The translations under genes were made by a program, and so were the position numbers. Of a stretch of DNA of 64,000 nt, positions 1 through 12,489 are shown in pieces. The stretch is taken from assembly GCA_951406725.2 (NCBI GenBank), contig OX597830.1, positions 49,848,001-49,912,000 on the forward strand, given 5' to 3'. Positions within the stretch are counted from its first letter, which is position 1, and each line of letters begins with the position of its first letter. Origin of the DNA: Octopus vulgaris. Taxonomy: Eukaryota. A model generated the notes under the pieces. It saw nothing but the letters and a program-made list of their open reading frames with translations. It did not search any database and was not told the DNA's origin.

Positions 1-325
1 TGTACATTTAAACACATAAGGAATCCACTCGTGGAATTCAACACGTTAGAAAGAACAGCTAGGTTCCATAACCACATAACTTGATGGTTAAATGTTTGTA
101 TTTTTTCATTTCGTTCCTGTCGAATTTTATCCCTAATTTTGTGGTTATGGAACCTAGCTGTTCTTTCTAACGTGTTGAATCCCACGAGTGGATTCCTTAT
201 GTGTTTAAATGTACACTATATATTATGACTAATTCATAGTGTTTTGGGACTAATTTTTTTTACACGTTAGGCCACTGGAGGTGAAAATTTTAATTAATTT
301 TTCATTTCCCTTTGATATGTTTAAG

Positions 326-358
<33 letters not shown>

Positions 359-574
359 AAGGATGAAAAAGAACACACGAGTTGATATATATGAAAAAAT
401 AAGTCAAGATAGAAAATGCCAAAATAATTTTATAAAGAACATTTCAACACGTTAGAAAGAACAGCTAGGTTCCATAACCACAAAAATTAGGGATAAAATT
501 CGACAGGAACGAAATGAAAAAATAAAAACATTTCTTTATAAAATTATGTTAGCATTTTCTATCTTCACTTATTT

Positions 575-590
<16 letters not shown>
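1..590. mobile_element. Nested inverted-repeat element end, probably a PLE terminus
   Basis: 1-75 is the reverse complement of 141-215 (1 mismatch). About 91-179 is inverted at about 443-533, and about 386-440 is inverted at about 530-585. Ends in (TA)n. Confidence 0.55.
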
Positions 591-625
<35 letters not shown>

Positions 626-848
626 TATATATATATATATATATACACACATTTGGTGATACAGATAGGAAAAATACGCATATACACACTCCCACTTACA
701 CACACACAGGCTTTAGTAAACAGCTTGGCTGGGAATCAAGCTTCCTATCATAGAGCCTCGCCTGTGCTAATATATATTTTCTTATTAGTGATCGGCAGAA
801 GTCACTTATATAGCAAAAGGCTACCTCGTAGAATTTTTGGTGTCCACG

Positions 849-980
849 GCGAAACGCTTAGCAGCATTTCGTCCAGTCTTATGATCTGAATTCAAATTCC
901 TCCGAGTTCGACTTTGCCATCCATCCAATCAGGGTTGATAAGACAAGTACCAGTTACGGATCGGGATCGGTGTTATTGAC
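849..980 (+). mobile_element. SINE family A, degenerate fragment
   Basis: GAATTCAAATTCC...GACTTTGCC...AAGTACCAGTTACG matches the full copies in this window. Confidence 0.7.
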
Positions 981-1483
981 TAACCTCACCTCCATTAAGT
1001 GTTACTTTTCTTGATCTCCATGAATGTTTTTTTTTTTTTTTGCCTCTGAGTAAATTACTTAGTTTCGTATTATATTCATCTCTCTATCCATCATAACAAA
1101 TTACTTTTGTCACCCTTTCCCGATTTTTGTTGACGTCTTCTTTAAAATTGTCAGATGATTTTAACATTTATTTTATTTATCACATGTTTGTCGTTTTGTA
1201 AGATTTTAGTATATCCTCTGCCGAGCTGTTTTTGTTTTGGTCTTACAGGGGTTTTTTTAGCTTTCGGGTGTTTTAGCTTTCAAGGATGTTTTTTCTTTTT
1301 TTTTTTTTTTTTTGCTTTCATCTTGATCTCAATATTTTTTTTGATTTGGTTGTTTTTTAGGTTGTCGATATAAGGTTCTACCTGATCTAATCGTTTGCAT
1401 TTATATGTGTGTGTGAGTATATATATTTGTGTCTGTATATATATATATGTGTGTTTGTGTTTGTGTGTATAATATATACATAT

Positions 1484-1874
1484 TCTTTTACTTGTGTCAG
1501 TCATTTCTGACTGTGGCCATACTGGAGCACCGCCTTTAGTCGAACAAATCGACCACAGGACTTATTCTTTGTAAGCCTTGTACTTATTCTATCGCTATCT
1601 TTCACCGAACTGCTTGGTTCTGGAGACGTAAACACACCAACATTTCTTGTCAAGCTATGGTGGGGAGACAAACACATACACACATATTTATACATACATA
1701 TATATATATACATACATACATACGTATATATATATATATACATACGTATATATATATATATATATATATACAAGACGTTTCTTTTCAGTTTCCGTTTACC
1801 AAATCCACTCACAAGGCTTTGGTCGGTTCGAAGCTGTAGTAGAGGACCCTTGCCCAATTTGAACTGGGAACCAT
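1484..1874 (-). mobile_element. SINE family B (tRNA-derived, internal TA/TG microsatellite), head partly deleted
   Basis: Homologous to 31867-32262 (GGATTTGGTAAACGGAAACTG; tail CAGTATGGCCACAGTC). Confidence 0.85.
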
Positions 1875-1895
1875 ATATCTGTATGTGTGTGTGTA

Positions 1896-1928
<33 letters not shown>

Positions 1929-2104
1929 CGGTAAGAGCCAAGGATATACACACACACACACACATACATATATATATATATTCAACAATATTAAGGAATG
2001 GCCTTGATAGGCCATTCTACCCACTAGAAAGAGCAGCTAAACTCAAACCGCTAAATAGTTGTAATTCAGAAACCAAAGGAAAATAAAAACATTTACCCTT
2101 ATTA

Positions 2105-2202
2105 TCTTTGGACTATGCATAGTTTCGACATACATATTGGCAAACCGATTAAATTAAATTAAATTAAATCTATTTGCCACTGGCCTGTCTCGTCAGCAAA
2201 GA
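2105..2202 (-). ncRNA. Type I hammerhead ribozyme, intact core
   Basis: Minus strand reads UCUUUG-CUGACGA-GACA...UGUC-GAAA-CUAUGCAUAG-UC/CAAAGA. Stem I is 6 bp, stem II closes G-C, stem III is palindromic, and the GUC cleavage site lies at 2111/2110. Confidence 0.88.
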
Positions 2203-2214
2203 AGCCAGGGAAAT

Positions 2215-2360
2215 ATATATCCTGTTGCTCAGGTGATATTGTAAAGCTGGAACTCCAGTCGTCTGTTTTAATACGTGTCACTACTATTTCCATAAAGATA
2301 CACACCAACATAACGCACACGCACACACACGGCTACAAGATACAAAACAACATCCATTTA
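2215..2360. repeat. Dispersed repeat adjoining the ribozyme
   Basis: TATCCTGTTGCTCAGGTGATATT...GAACTCCAGTCGTCTG...ATTTCCATAAA recurs, diverged, at about 7528-7650. Confidence 0.6.
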
Positions 2361-2482
2361 CAAGCAACATACTATATACGGGAGGTATAAGTCTCTGTCG
2401 AGGCTGAGTATCGCCCGTGGACAATTATGGAGTGAATTTTAGAGCTTATAAACCTAATATTTTCCTGTCCTTCCTTAATACC

Positions 2483-2712
2483 TATTTCTTTATTACCCAC
2501 AAGGGGCTAAACACAGAGAGAACAAACAAGGACAGACATAGGTATTAAGTCGATTACATCGACCCCAGTTCGTAACTGGTACTTAATTTATCGACCCCGA
2601 AAGGATGAAAGGCAAAGTCGACCTCGGCGGAATTTGAACTCACAACGTAACGCAGACGAAATACCGCTAAGCATTTCGCCCGGCGTGCTAACGTTTCTGC
2701 CAGCTCGCCGCC
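2483..2712 (-). mobile_element. SINE family A, full length (tRNA-derived head, Nin/Deu-like central domain)
   Basis: GGCGGCGAGCTGGCAGAAACGTTAG...GAGTTCAAATTCC...GTCGACTTTGCCTTTCATCCTTTCGGGGTCGATAAA; flanked by a CCTTAATACCTA duplication. Confidence 0.92.
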
Positions 2713-3729
2713 TTAATACCTACCTTAATCCTACCTTAATACCGTTTCCCATATGCTGCTCATATCTGCACTCAGTCTGCTTAGGAGGTTGTTGTGTCCT
2801 AGCATATGTGCTGCCTCTTTTAGTTTTCAGATTTTCCTGTAGTGTTCTCTGTCTATTATTTTAACTTCATCCCACAGGGGGAGGTTGTCTCCATGTTTCC
2901 ATATATGACCAGCTGTACCTGATTTATCAATATCTCCCCTTGTCACAGCTTTGCGATGTTCGTCTACCCTTATTTTGATAGTGGATAGTGGCGCTGCACC
3001 CAACATGGCCTTTGGCTTGGAAAATGTGTAAGATAAAAGCGTAACATTTTCAGCTATTTGCTCGCCAAGATTATTTCACTTTAATTTTACCTAAATTAGT
3101 TGCTTTTTTATGCATTAATTTATAGCTATTCTTGCTATTGTTTTATTATGTTAAACATTTCGATTGTGCTTGCGATTTGAATTCACAAAAGCAGAATAAT
3201 ACAGACTTTCTCTCTCTCCTTTTATCTTTCTGTTTCCTTTGGGTTTCCCCTTTCTATTTTCTTTTTATTCAATCCACTATTTCCGTTGTTTCCTTTCACT
3301 CTCCTCCTACCGCTTCCCTTCCTTTGCTATATCTTTTTCCATTTCAGTTATTACTTCCCTTGAGTAACTCGCACTAAATCAGACAGATTGCAGGAACGCA
3401 TCGAATAATATCACAGGTGTTAGGGAAAGATTAGAGCAATGGTAAATACAACGTAATATGTTACTTAAATGGTGTGTAAAGTTAGAGAGCATAAGAAAAT
3501 TGTAAAATTTGATCATATAACTATTAAAGGATCAACTAAAATGAAACTAAAACATTGCCATTTGTAAATAATGCAGAGTAGGCTAACGTATTTATTTACG
3601 CTTATGTAGTTTGGTTTAAAATGTTTGTACGTTTCGGAGATCCTGTGTATGCAAAGGGAGATGTGTTCATGTTTGTTTAGAAGGGGAAACGAGGGTGAGT
3701 AGTTGCCGGAGAAAGAGTATAAGGAAGAA

Positions 3730-3952
3730 GGCGGCGAGCTGGCAGAATCGTTAGCACGCCGGGCGAAATGCGTAGCCGTATTTCGTCTGCTGTTACGTTG
3801 TGAGTTCAAATTCCGCCGAGGTCGACTTTGTCTTTCGTCCTTTCGGGGTCGATAAATTAAGTACCAGTAACGCACTGGGGTCGATATAATCAACTTTGTC
3901 TGTCCTTGTTTGTCCTCTCTGTGTTTAGTCCCTTGTGGGTAGTAAAGAAATA
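3730..3952 (+). mobile_element. SINE family A, full length
   Basis: Same consensus; TSD TATAAGGAAGAAG on both sides. Confidence 0.92.
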
Positions 3953-4714
3953 TATAAGGAAGAAGGGGAGCGAAGAATGAGATGTAAGAGGAGAAAGAGA
4001 AGAACAAGAAAAAGGAGAAAAGGAGACGGGGAGAAAGAAAGAAAGAAAGAAAGGAGGTAGTATGACAAGAAGGGGCAGATGGAGAAGGAAAGCCAGTAGA
4101 TGGATAAGTAGAAGGTGAAAGCGATAAAGGAAGAAGGAAAAGGAAAAGGAGGTGGAGGCGTGGGAGGAAATGGAAATAGTCGAGGTAAAGGGGCTATCAA
4201 AGAAGAAAGGGGAGGAGGTGGAGGAGAAGGAAGAGAGGAAAACCCCCAGCAAAGATTGGACGAGGAAAAGACTGGGGAATGGAAGAAGTGAGTAGAAGAT
4301 AAGAGGAGGAGACGGTTAAAGAGAAGGAAAACCCAATGACACGAAATTGCATGTTTAAAAGATGAAAATATTAGCCAAGTATTATACTCTGTAAGATATT
4401 CAACCATTTTGAAATTCTATAAATGTAAGCCTAACTACATATTAATAAAATTAAAAACGAAATATCTATAACGACAGATAATTAATTAACTAGATGGTCT
4501 TCTCTGTCCAAATTTACCTTATGTATTAATTAATTTTCATTCCACCACCTCCCACTTTTCACTTCACCAACACCTTGCGGTTTTCTCTTGTCTCGTTTCA
4601 TTATAATTACGCCATTTTTACTCCACTATTTTCAAAACATGCAATTTTATATTTACAGAACTGAGAAGCACGAGAGGACCTCGTGCATCTCATTTTCGCT
4701 CATTCTTTCGTTAC

Positions 4715-5045
4715 TATCCTTCTTCTTCTTCCTCTTCCTCTTCTTCTTCCTCTTCTTCTTCTTCTTCCTCTTCCTTCTTCTTCTTCTTCCTCTTCCTTCT
4801 TCTTCTTCTTCTTCTTCTTTCTCCTTCTCCTTCTCCTTCGTCTTCTTCTTGTTCTTGTTCTTCTTTCTTCTTCTTCCTCTTCTTCTTCTTCGTCTTCTTT
4901 CTTGTTTTTCTTGTTCTTTTTCTTCTTCTTCTTCTTTCTTGTTCTTCTTGTTCTTCTTGTTCTTCTTTCTTGTTCTTGTTCTTTTTCTTCTTCTTCTTCT
5001 TCTTTTTACTTCTTCTTTCTTTTTCGTCTTCTTCTTCTTCTTCTC
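4715..5045. repeat. (CTT)n imperfect microsatellite
   Basis: Direct reading. Confidence 0.95.
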
Positions 5046-5280
5046 ATCTTCCCCTCCCCGTACCTCTTATAATCGCCATTTACTTCTAAACTCCTCTCCA
5101 CTTTCTTTATTTGCTAACCATATTAAATGTTTGTCATATTAACCAAATACTCTCTTCCTGTCGTCTGTTTCCTCTACAAGAGTAGATTTTCATATCTCCC
5201 GCCAATAAAATTGCATTTACAAACTCTTGTTATCTCCCTTTACAAGCATTTACCCCAATACATTTATTTTAAATCTTTAA

Positions 5281-5682
5281 CTTTTTGTTTCACTCATTGG
5301 AATGCGGCCATGCTAGGGCACCGCCTAGAAGGGTTTTAGTCGAGCAAATCGACGACCCAGCACTTAATTTTTTTTTAAACCCTGCTACTATCGGTCTCTT
5401 TTGCCGAACCGTAAAATTACCGGGACGTAAACAAACAAACACTGGTTGTCAAACGGTGGTGGGCGATAAACACGAACCTAAATACACACAAACACATCCA
5501 ACACGACACACAGAAATATCCATGTATGTATGTATGCACCAATCTTCTTTACCATATCAAGTCAAAAGGCTTTGATCAGTCAGGTGCTATTAAAGAAGAC
5601 ATTTGCCAAAGTTGCCAGGCGGTGGGACTGAACCTAGAAACATATGATTGGGAAGCAAACATCTTAACCATACACCCACGCC
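5281..5682 (-). mobile_element. SINE family B, diverged
   Basis: Homology to family B head and tail. Confidence 0.8.
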
Positions 5683-5814
5683 TATTATTTATTAAATTTA
5701 CACTTTTACATTCATGCTCTTAGCTATTCCATTGATTTATACACTCAGAGACACCTTAGAACTAAATTCTTGGATCTTACAGCTATCATTCCAGTCAGAG
5801 AGTGCATCAGTCTC

Positions 5815-5861
5815 TGTATATGCATGTAATGTATGTATATATGTATATGTATGTATGTGTG

Positions 5862-5895
<34 letters not shown>

Positions 5896-6520
5896 TGTAT
5901 ATATGAGTTGTATGTGTGTATGGAAGTAATGTATGTATGTATGTATGTATGTATGTATATATATGTATGCATGTAATGTATGTATGCATGTATGTATATG
6001 TGTGTATATATGTATATGTATGTATGTGTGCGTATGGAAGTAATGTATATATGCATGTACGTGTGTATATATGTATGTATGCATGTATGTGTATGCATTT
6101 ATGCATGCATGTATGTGCGTATGTATGTGTATGCGTGTAACGTATGTATATATGTATATGCTTGTATGTATGTGTATATGTATGTATGCATGTATGTGTA
6201 TGTATGCATGTTTGTATGCATGTATGTGTGTATATATGTGTATGTATGTATGCATGTATATGCGTATGTATGTATGTGTATGCACGTAATGTATGTATAT
6301 ATGTATATATGCATGTATGTATGTATGTATGCATGCATGTTCGTATATATGTGTATGTATGTAAATGTGTATGTATGTGCGCATGCAAGTAATGTATATA
6401 TATATGCATGTATGTGTGTATATATGTATGTGTGCATGTATATGTGTGTATGTACTCATGTGTATGCATATGTATACATGTGCGTATGTATACATGCGTG
6501 TGCGTATGTATGTTTGTGTA
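5815..6520. repeat. Compound (TATG)/(TG)/(TA) microsatellite
   Basis: Direct reading. Confidence 0.95.
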
Positions 6521-6924
6521 TTTGAGTGAGCGTTTATCAGCTGGTTGATTCTCTGTATACGTGCGTATGTATATGTGTGCATGTGATTGTATGTGTGAGG
6601 GTGTGTGTGGGCGTGTGTGGGCGTGTGCATTGGTTTTGAGTATGCACGTATTTAGCATGAATCTGTCTGTGGACGTCCGGGTATGTTTGCGCGTACAGCT
6701 GTCTCTGTTTGCTTAAATGCGTGCGTGCAAGCGTATGTGTGTGCGTGGGGCTATGCGGGTGTATGTGTGGGGAGGGGGTATGCGGGAGTATGTATGTGAA
6801 TGTGGGTGTGGGTGGGTGCAATTTATTTGAAGTTATGTTCTTAGAAATAACAGCGATCACAGGAACAAAAACTATAATAGAAAGAACTAGAATTACAATA
6901 ACGGCGACAACAATGACAACTCGA

Positions 6925-6992
6925 TGATAATAATAATAATAACAATAATAGTAGTAGTGGTAGTAGTAGTAGTATTAGTAGTAGTAGTTGTT

Positions 6993-7046
<54 letters not shown>

Positions 7047-7070
7047 ACAATAACAGCAACAAACAACAAC
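6925..7070. repeat. (AAT)/(AGT)n microsatellite
   Basis: Direct reading. Confidence 0.95.
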
Positions 7071-7343
7071 GAGTAGAAATTACGATTGAATGAAGATTAT
7101 GATAACTAGGGTTATGGTTTACATTAGTTAATATGAGAGTAAAGAAATGTCTTTGAAGTTTCCGGTAGATATTGGTAATGGAATTCTAATTAAGCCGCGA
7201 AAGGAAACAAGGAAGAATACGAAACTCTTCGAAGATATGGTTCATATATTTTTCAACCATTTCTTCGAGATCGTTTGTATTCAGATCTTAACACAATGCT
7301 ACATATCTACGCATTTATATAATCTTATCGTGTGAATTTATAA

Positions 7344-7390
<47 letters not shown>

Positions 7391-7527
7391 AGTGTATACA
7401 TATGTATATATATCTGCATGTGTAAATGTGTAAGTATGTATATGCATGTGTGAGTATATTTGGGTGTGTATGTATGTCTATATATATGAATGTATCTATG
7501 AGTGGATATAAATATATATATATATAT

Positions 7528-7650
7528 ATATCCTGTGGTTTCAGGTGATATTTTAGAAAACAGAACTCCATTCGTCTGTGTTGTTTCCTGTCAACACAAT
7601 TTCCATAAACATACGCATCGTGTAACAATACATAACACAACCAACAACAC
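7528..7650. repeat. Second copy of the 2215-2360 repeat, lacking the ribozyme
   Basis: Sequence similarity; abuts (TA)n. Confidence 0.55.
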
Positions 7651-8257
7651 GTCAAATATGTACAACTTGTATCACAACATAAAACACGTACACACACCTA
7701 CAAGGTCCGACAAAGCATCCATTTCCACACAACATACAAGAGGAAGCTATACAACATCTAACAAGCGAATATATCTTTAGCACTGCAAACATCACAATAA
7801 CCAATTACAACAAAATTTTCCCAGCAGGCAACACGATATACAACGGTACAATTGGTATTACTGTAAGGCTAAAGAAAACCCTTACATCATAACATCTCAA
7901 GACAAAATGTGCAACACAAAGCGTCACAAGTTATCACCACATTGAACAAGATAAATAAACAGTTTAGGCTATATTACGTAAGCAGGACTTACCACAAAAC
8001 AAGGTAGAAGACAAGAGGTGAGATATCACACGAGGCGGCAACGATATGGCACACAACATATACTGATGTGGAATGTAAGAATTTCAGAGAAAACGACACA
8101 AGCCACATCTCAACAGATTATAGAATGAAAGGCTATAATTTACATAAAGCGTACTCACAACACACACTCTGACGCATATACATGCACACACACTCACGTG
8201 CACACATAAACACACATTCATACACACACGCAGATACACACACATACATATTACCTC

Positions 8258-8332
<75 letters not shown>

Positions 8333-8373
8333 TTCGACGATTACACGCTACACACCTTCCTACCAAGCACTGC

Positions 8374-8490
8374 TGTAAACAGCGGAAGTGAGCTAGAACT
8401 TTAAAAGCAGTACGAATGCACAGCAGAGTTCAAGGTCAATCTGTACCAATCGGCTTTACCCTGATTTCTTTAGCTTCGTTGCCATGAAAC
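8374..8490. promoter_or_regulatory. Candidate enhancer/promoter motif cluster
   Basis: TGTAAACA (FOX), CGGAAGTG (ETS), TCAAGGTCA (NR5A-type), CCAAT and GTTGCCATGAAAC (RFX X-box-like) within 117 bp. Confidence 0.35.
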
Positions 8491-9154
8491 AGTTCCGATT
8501 CTTATTGATCAGACCACGTAAATAGTATGTATACACGCGCGCGCGTGCGTGTACACACACAGACACACACACACACAACAAAAGAGGGTAGGGTCGGAAC
8601 ATCAAAAACTTCCCTTTTTCCTGCGTGTCAAATTCATATACCTTATTTGTTATTCCCTCACGTATCTGTAGAACAATTTGAACCACATATATATATGCAT
8701 ATACGGTATACATCGTACAATACACATATATGCATATACATACAGTATATACAACGCATACACAACACAACACATACATGTAACATCAGAGGACACACCA
8801 TTCGCATCACATACTTATACCATACACAACACCCGTACCATAGAAAACACTTACACGCACAATGCATGTCACGTAAACACCTCATAATATCACATATTTA
8901 TGCAAATATCATGTACAAAACACGCATATACGTATAACATCTACAACATCCACATGCATATACACACATACACACACATACACAAGTGATATAGCAAATT
9001 TAGAGCAAGGAAAAACAGAAAAACAGCGCCTGTTCAAATATTGTAAACGGAATACAACACCGACAACAGCATCAATATTTGCGTCTGTCGTACATGGCGT
9101 ATGTATGTGCTGTGTTTGGTGCTTATATGTGTCGTAAACGATGTCTCTTTTGCC

Positions 9155-9363
9155 CTCTTTTACTTGTTTCAGTCATTTTGACTGCGGCCATAATGGAGCA
9201 CCGCCTTTAGTCGAGCAAATAGACCCCAGGACTTATTCTTTGTAAGCCTAGTACTTATTCTATCGGTTTCTATTGCCGAACCGCTAAGTTACGGTGACGT
9301 AAACATTACCAGCACCGGTTGTCAACCGATGTTGGGCGGACAAAAATAGACACACAAACATAT

Positions 9364-9408
<45 letters not shown>

Positions 9409-9564
9409 TACGACGGGCTTCTTTCAGTTTCCGTCTACCAAATCCACTCACAAGGCTTTGGTCGGCCCGAGGCTATAGTAGAAGACACTTGCCCCTGGTG
9501 CCATGCAGTGGGACTGAACCCGGAACCATGTCGTTCATAAGCAAGCTACTTACCACACAGCCAC
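9155..9564 (-). mobile_element. SINE family B, near full length
   Basis: GTGGCTGTGTGGTAAGTAGCTTGC...GGTTCAGTCCCACTGC head and CAGTCAAAATGACTGAAACAAGTAAAAGAG tail. Confidence 0.92.
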
Positions 9565-9579
9565 GTGTTTTGTATGAAA

Positions 9580-9801
9580 TAAGGGTTGTTGAAAAGTTCC
9601 TGTCTTTAAATGTATCGTGAGAGGCCTGGTTGAAGGCCCAACCTTCCGAGTGCTTTTACATGTCATAGAAAACTGGAGGGTTGCTACAATAAGTGTGTAA
9701 ATCTGAGAGGGAAATATGTTGAATTGTTGAATAAAATCCTGATTAAATGATCTTCCTGTATTTTCTTTTACCCAAAGCCAGGAATTTTTCAGTACCCCTC
9801 G
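9580..9801. mobile_element. Mariner-type MITE
   Basis: Imperfect TIRs AGGGTTGTTGAAAAGTTCCTGTCTTT / AAAGCCAGGAATTTTTCAGTACCCCTCG. Confidence 0.7.
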
Positions 9802-9811
9802 TCTGTGCGTA

Positions 9812-9881
<70 letters not shown>

Positions 9882-10063
9882 TGTGCGTGCGTGTGTTCTG
9901 TGTATGGTTTATGCATTGTGTTGTGTCTGGTGTATGTACGTGTTGTGTATGGTGTATGTGCTGTGTACAGTGTATATATGTGCTGCGTATAGTGTATTTA
10001 TGATGTGTGCATACGTGGTGCAACGCTAACCACAAGACATCACAAAATAAACTTTATAAACAA

Positions 10064-10456
10064 CTAGCAGTGTCGCCCGACGTTGCTCGGGTTTGTAAGG
10101 GAAATAACTATATAAGCATTTTTAGAGATGCAAAGTATAATAGCCATCTCAATATGGCTAACCACAAAGGGGGTGGGGTTACTGTAGCTTTTTACGTTCT
10201 GAGATTTAATAATAAATATTAGAGAGTTACTTCCTTATATATGCCAAAAATGCATTAAAAATGGGAAAAATTGATGGTAATTTTTTTTAAATCGTAGACT
10301 CATCGTAGACGCGCGCTAATACCCAGAAGAGCTCGATATGAATCACGACTATAAGATACCCGGTTTTGGTTAAACTGCACCGCAAAATGTGGGAGTAGTT
10401 GGGAATCTAAATCGTAGGAGACAGACAGCACACAACCTTACTTTTATATATAAAGA
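10064..10456 (-). mobile_element. Non-autonomous Helitron
   Basis: Minus strand starts TC(TTTATATATAAAAG) and ends with a CCCGA/TCGGG hairpin 8 nt before CTAG. Inserted between A and T with no TSD. Confidence 0.85.
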
Positions 10457-10469
10457 TTTCCAAATACGA

Positions 10470-11235
10470 CATTAGTCCCTGGTGCTGCGATATTGGTAAA
10501 GAACATCTCCTCCACATGACTTTACTCCCTTCTTAGCGATAACAAACTAAACTGAACCCTGAATCTATCAGATAAGTAGAGAACATCCCTTTACAACACA
10601 AAGCTCCTTAACCAGGGAGAGAAGCACATTGGCTCCTCGTGCTATGGCAGAGGTAGAAAACAACCCCTTTTCAAAATAATTCCCTAATCAGCAATACAAA
10701 GCAAACTAACTGCATGCTGGTGTTATGGCAGTAGGTAAGAGAGCTCCCTTTACGATATAAGTCCGCCATGAACGATGACAGCCTAGACATGCCCCAAGAA
10801 TTATAAGAAGAGAAAAGAGAATCCCTTTACAACATAAAACTCTTACATCTGCGATAACAACCCAAACTGGACGCTAAATTTATAACAGAGGTAGAGGGCA
10901 TGCCTTTTACAACACATAGGCCTCCAATCAACAATTGAACACCCACTTAAAATCAAACACCTTCCTAATCAGCGATAATGACCCAAACTGTGCCCTGCAG
11001 CGATGATAGTTATAGGGAATATCGCCTTTATAACGCACGACTTCTTAATCGGAAATTGAACACATTTTTTTCTTTGCCCCCTGGAGTTACGACAGAGATA
11101 CTGAACACCCACTCTAAAATAACACACTTTAAAATAACACAGTCAGCGATAATGGCTCAAATTGGGCCCTGGAGCAATGATGACAGAGATAGGGAACGTT
11201 GGCTTTTGCAAAGAACAACTTCCTAATCAGCATCA
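10470..11235. repeat. Degenerate minisatellite of about 78-80 bp, roughly 10 units
   Basis: Recurring GGTAGAGAACATCCCTTTACAACAC...TAATCAGCGATAA...CAAACTG...CCCT motifs. Confidence 0.7.
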
Positions 11236-12322
11236 GAACACATTGTACAATATAAAGCAGTTAAATAAAATTTCTTTCTGAATTAAGCTTTTCACTAAAC
11301 AGAACATTCAATTAAACAGAAATAAATAAATTTTAGTTAATTTCTCTCTAACGCGCGTTTATAACTTATTACTTCGCATAATATGTTCGGTGAAGGTTAA
11401 AAACGATTAAGTTTTAAGATAGTTTTCATTAGAATAATTTGCAAAGACGGTGAAAGAACACTATTAATCGTTCGTGAATTCTGCTGTGTAAAGAAATATT
11501 TGCGGATATTCTGTTGGAGAAAATATGTTTTAAAAATATTATGAAACTGTTAAAAATCCAATGCGTGCAAGCAGAAAATATATTTGGACAAAACTTATTA
11601 CACTGGCAGGAATTAACGGAAAGTTCTGAGAAAGAGAAGGAAAAAAAAATCTAAATTATTCATCAGCTTAATTCTATAAAGTAATTACAGAAAAGAAAAG
11701 AAAATATGAAAACGAAAACAGTGAAGAAATAAACGACTCTATGATCCGGAAGATATTCTGTAATTCACGCTAAAATAAATGTGAAAAAGAAACTGCAGTT
11801 TAAGAAAAATTCCAAGTTTCTATTTAAATATGCATGCAATTAAGTGAGAGTTTATCAATGTGCTCACTTGTGGCTTGCCATACCTATGTGAGTTGAGTGA
11901 GTGTGCATGTGTATGTGTGTGATCGTGTTTGTGTTTGTGTGTTTGTGTATGTACATAAATATTCTTGTATGCATATGTATGAAAATATATGTGTGTGTAT
12001 GTGTGTATGTATGTACGTATGTATGTTTAGGTATGCGGGTATGAGCGAGTATAATATATATATATATTAAAATAATAATAATAATAATGATGATAATAAT
12101 GATAAAGTGGTTAGCAAGCATAACCAAAATAGGTAAAATATATATAAAAATTAGGGTACATTAGGTATAGACAGATAGATATACTTATGTACGTATGCAC
12201 ACATACATATATGTATATGTATGTGTATATATTTATGTACATAAATATATCTGTTTATACCAAATGTACCCAAATCTTATATATTTTGCCTGTTTTGGTT
12301 AAGCGTGCTGGCCACTTTATTT

Positions 12323-12431
<109 letters not shown>

Positions 12432-12442
12432 ATATCTATGTA

Positions 12443-12489
<47 letters not shown>

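Noticed and set aside
1050-1090. Minus-strand GAGAUGA...GAAAC-UAA-GUA hammerhead-like string
   Set aside because: Two core mismatches and no convincing stems I or II.
4588-5142. Poly-F/L/S ORFs resembling membrane proteins
   Set aside because: Translation of the (CTT)n repeat.
5737-6658. Long ORFs of up to 297 aa rich in Y/I/H/T (similar ORFs at 28022-29252 and 38331-39047)
   Set aside because: Translations of TA/TG/CA microsatellites, open in several frames on both strands.
10470-11235. CRISPR-like periodicity
   Set aside because: Whole units are homologous, there is no repeat-spacer structure or cas gene, and the context is eukaryotic.
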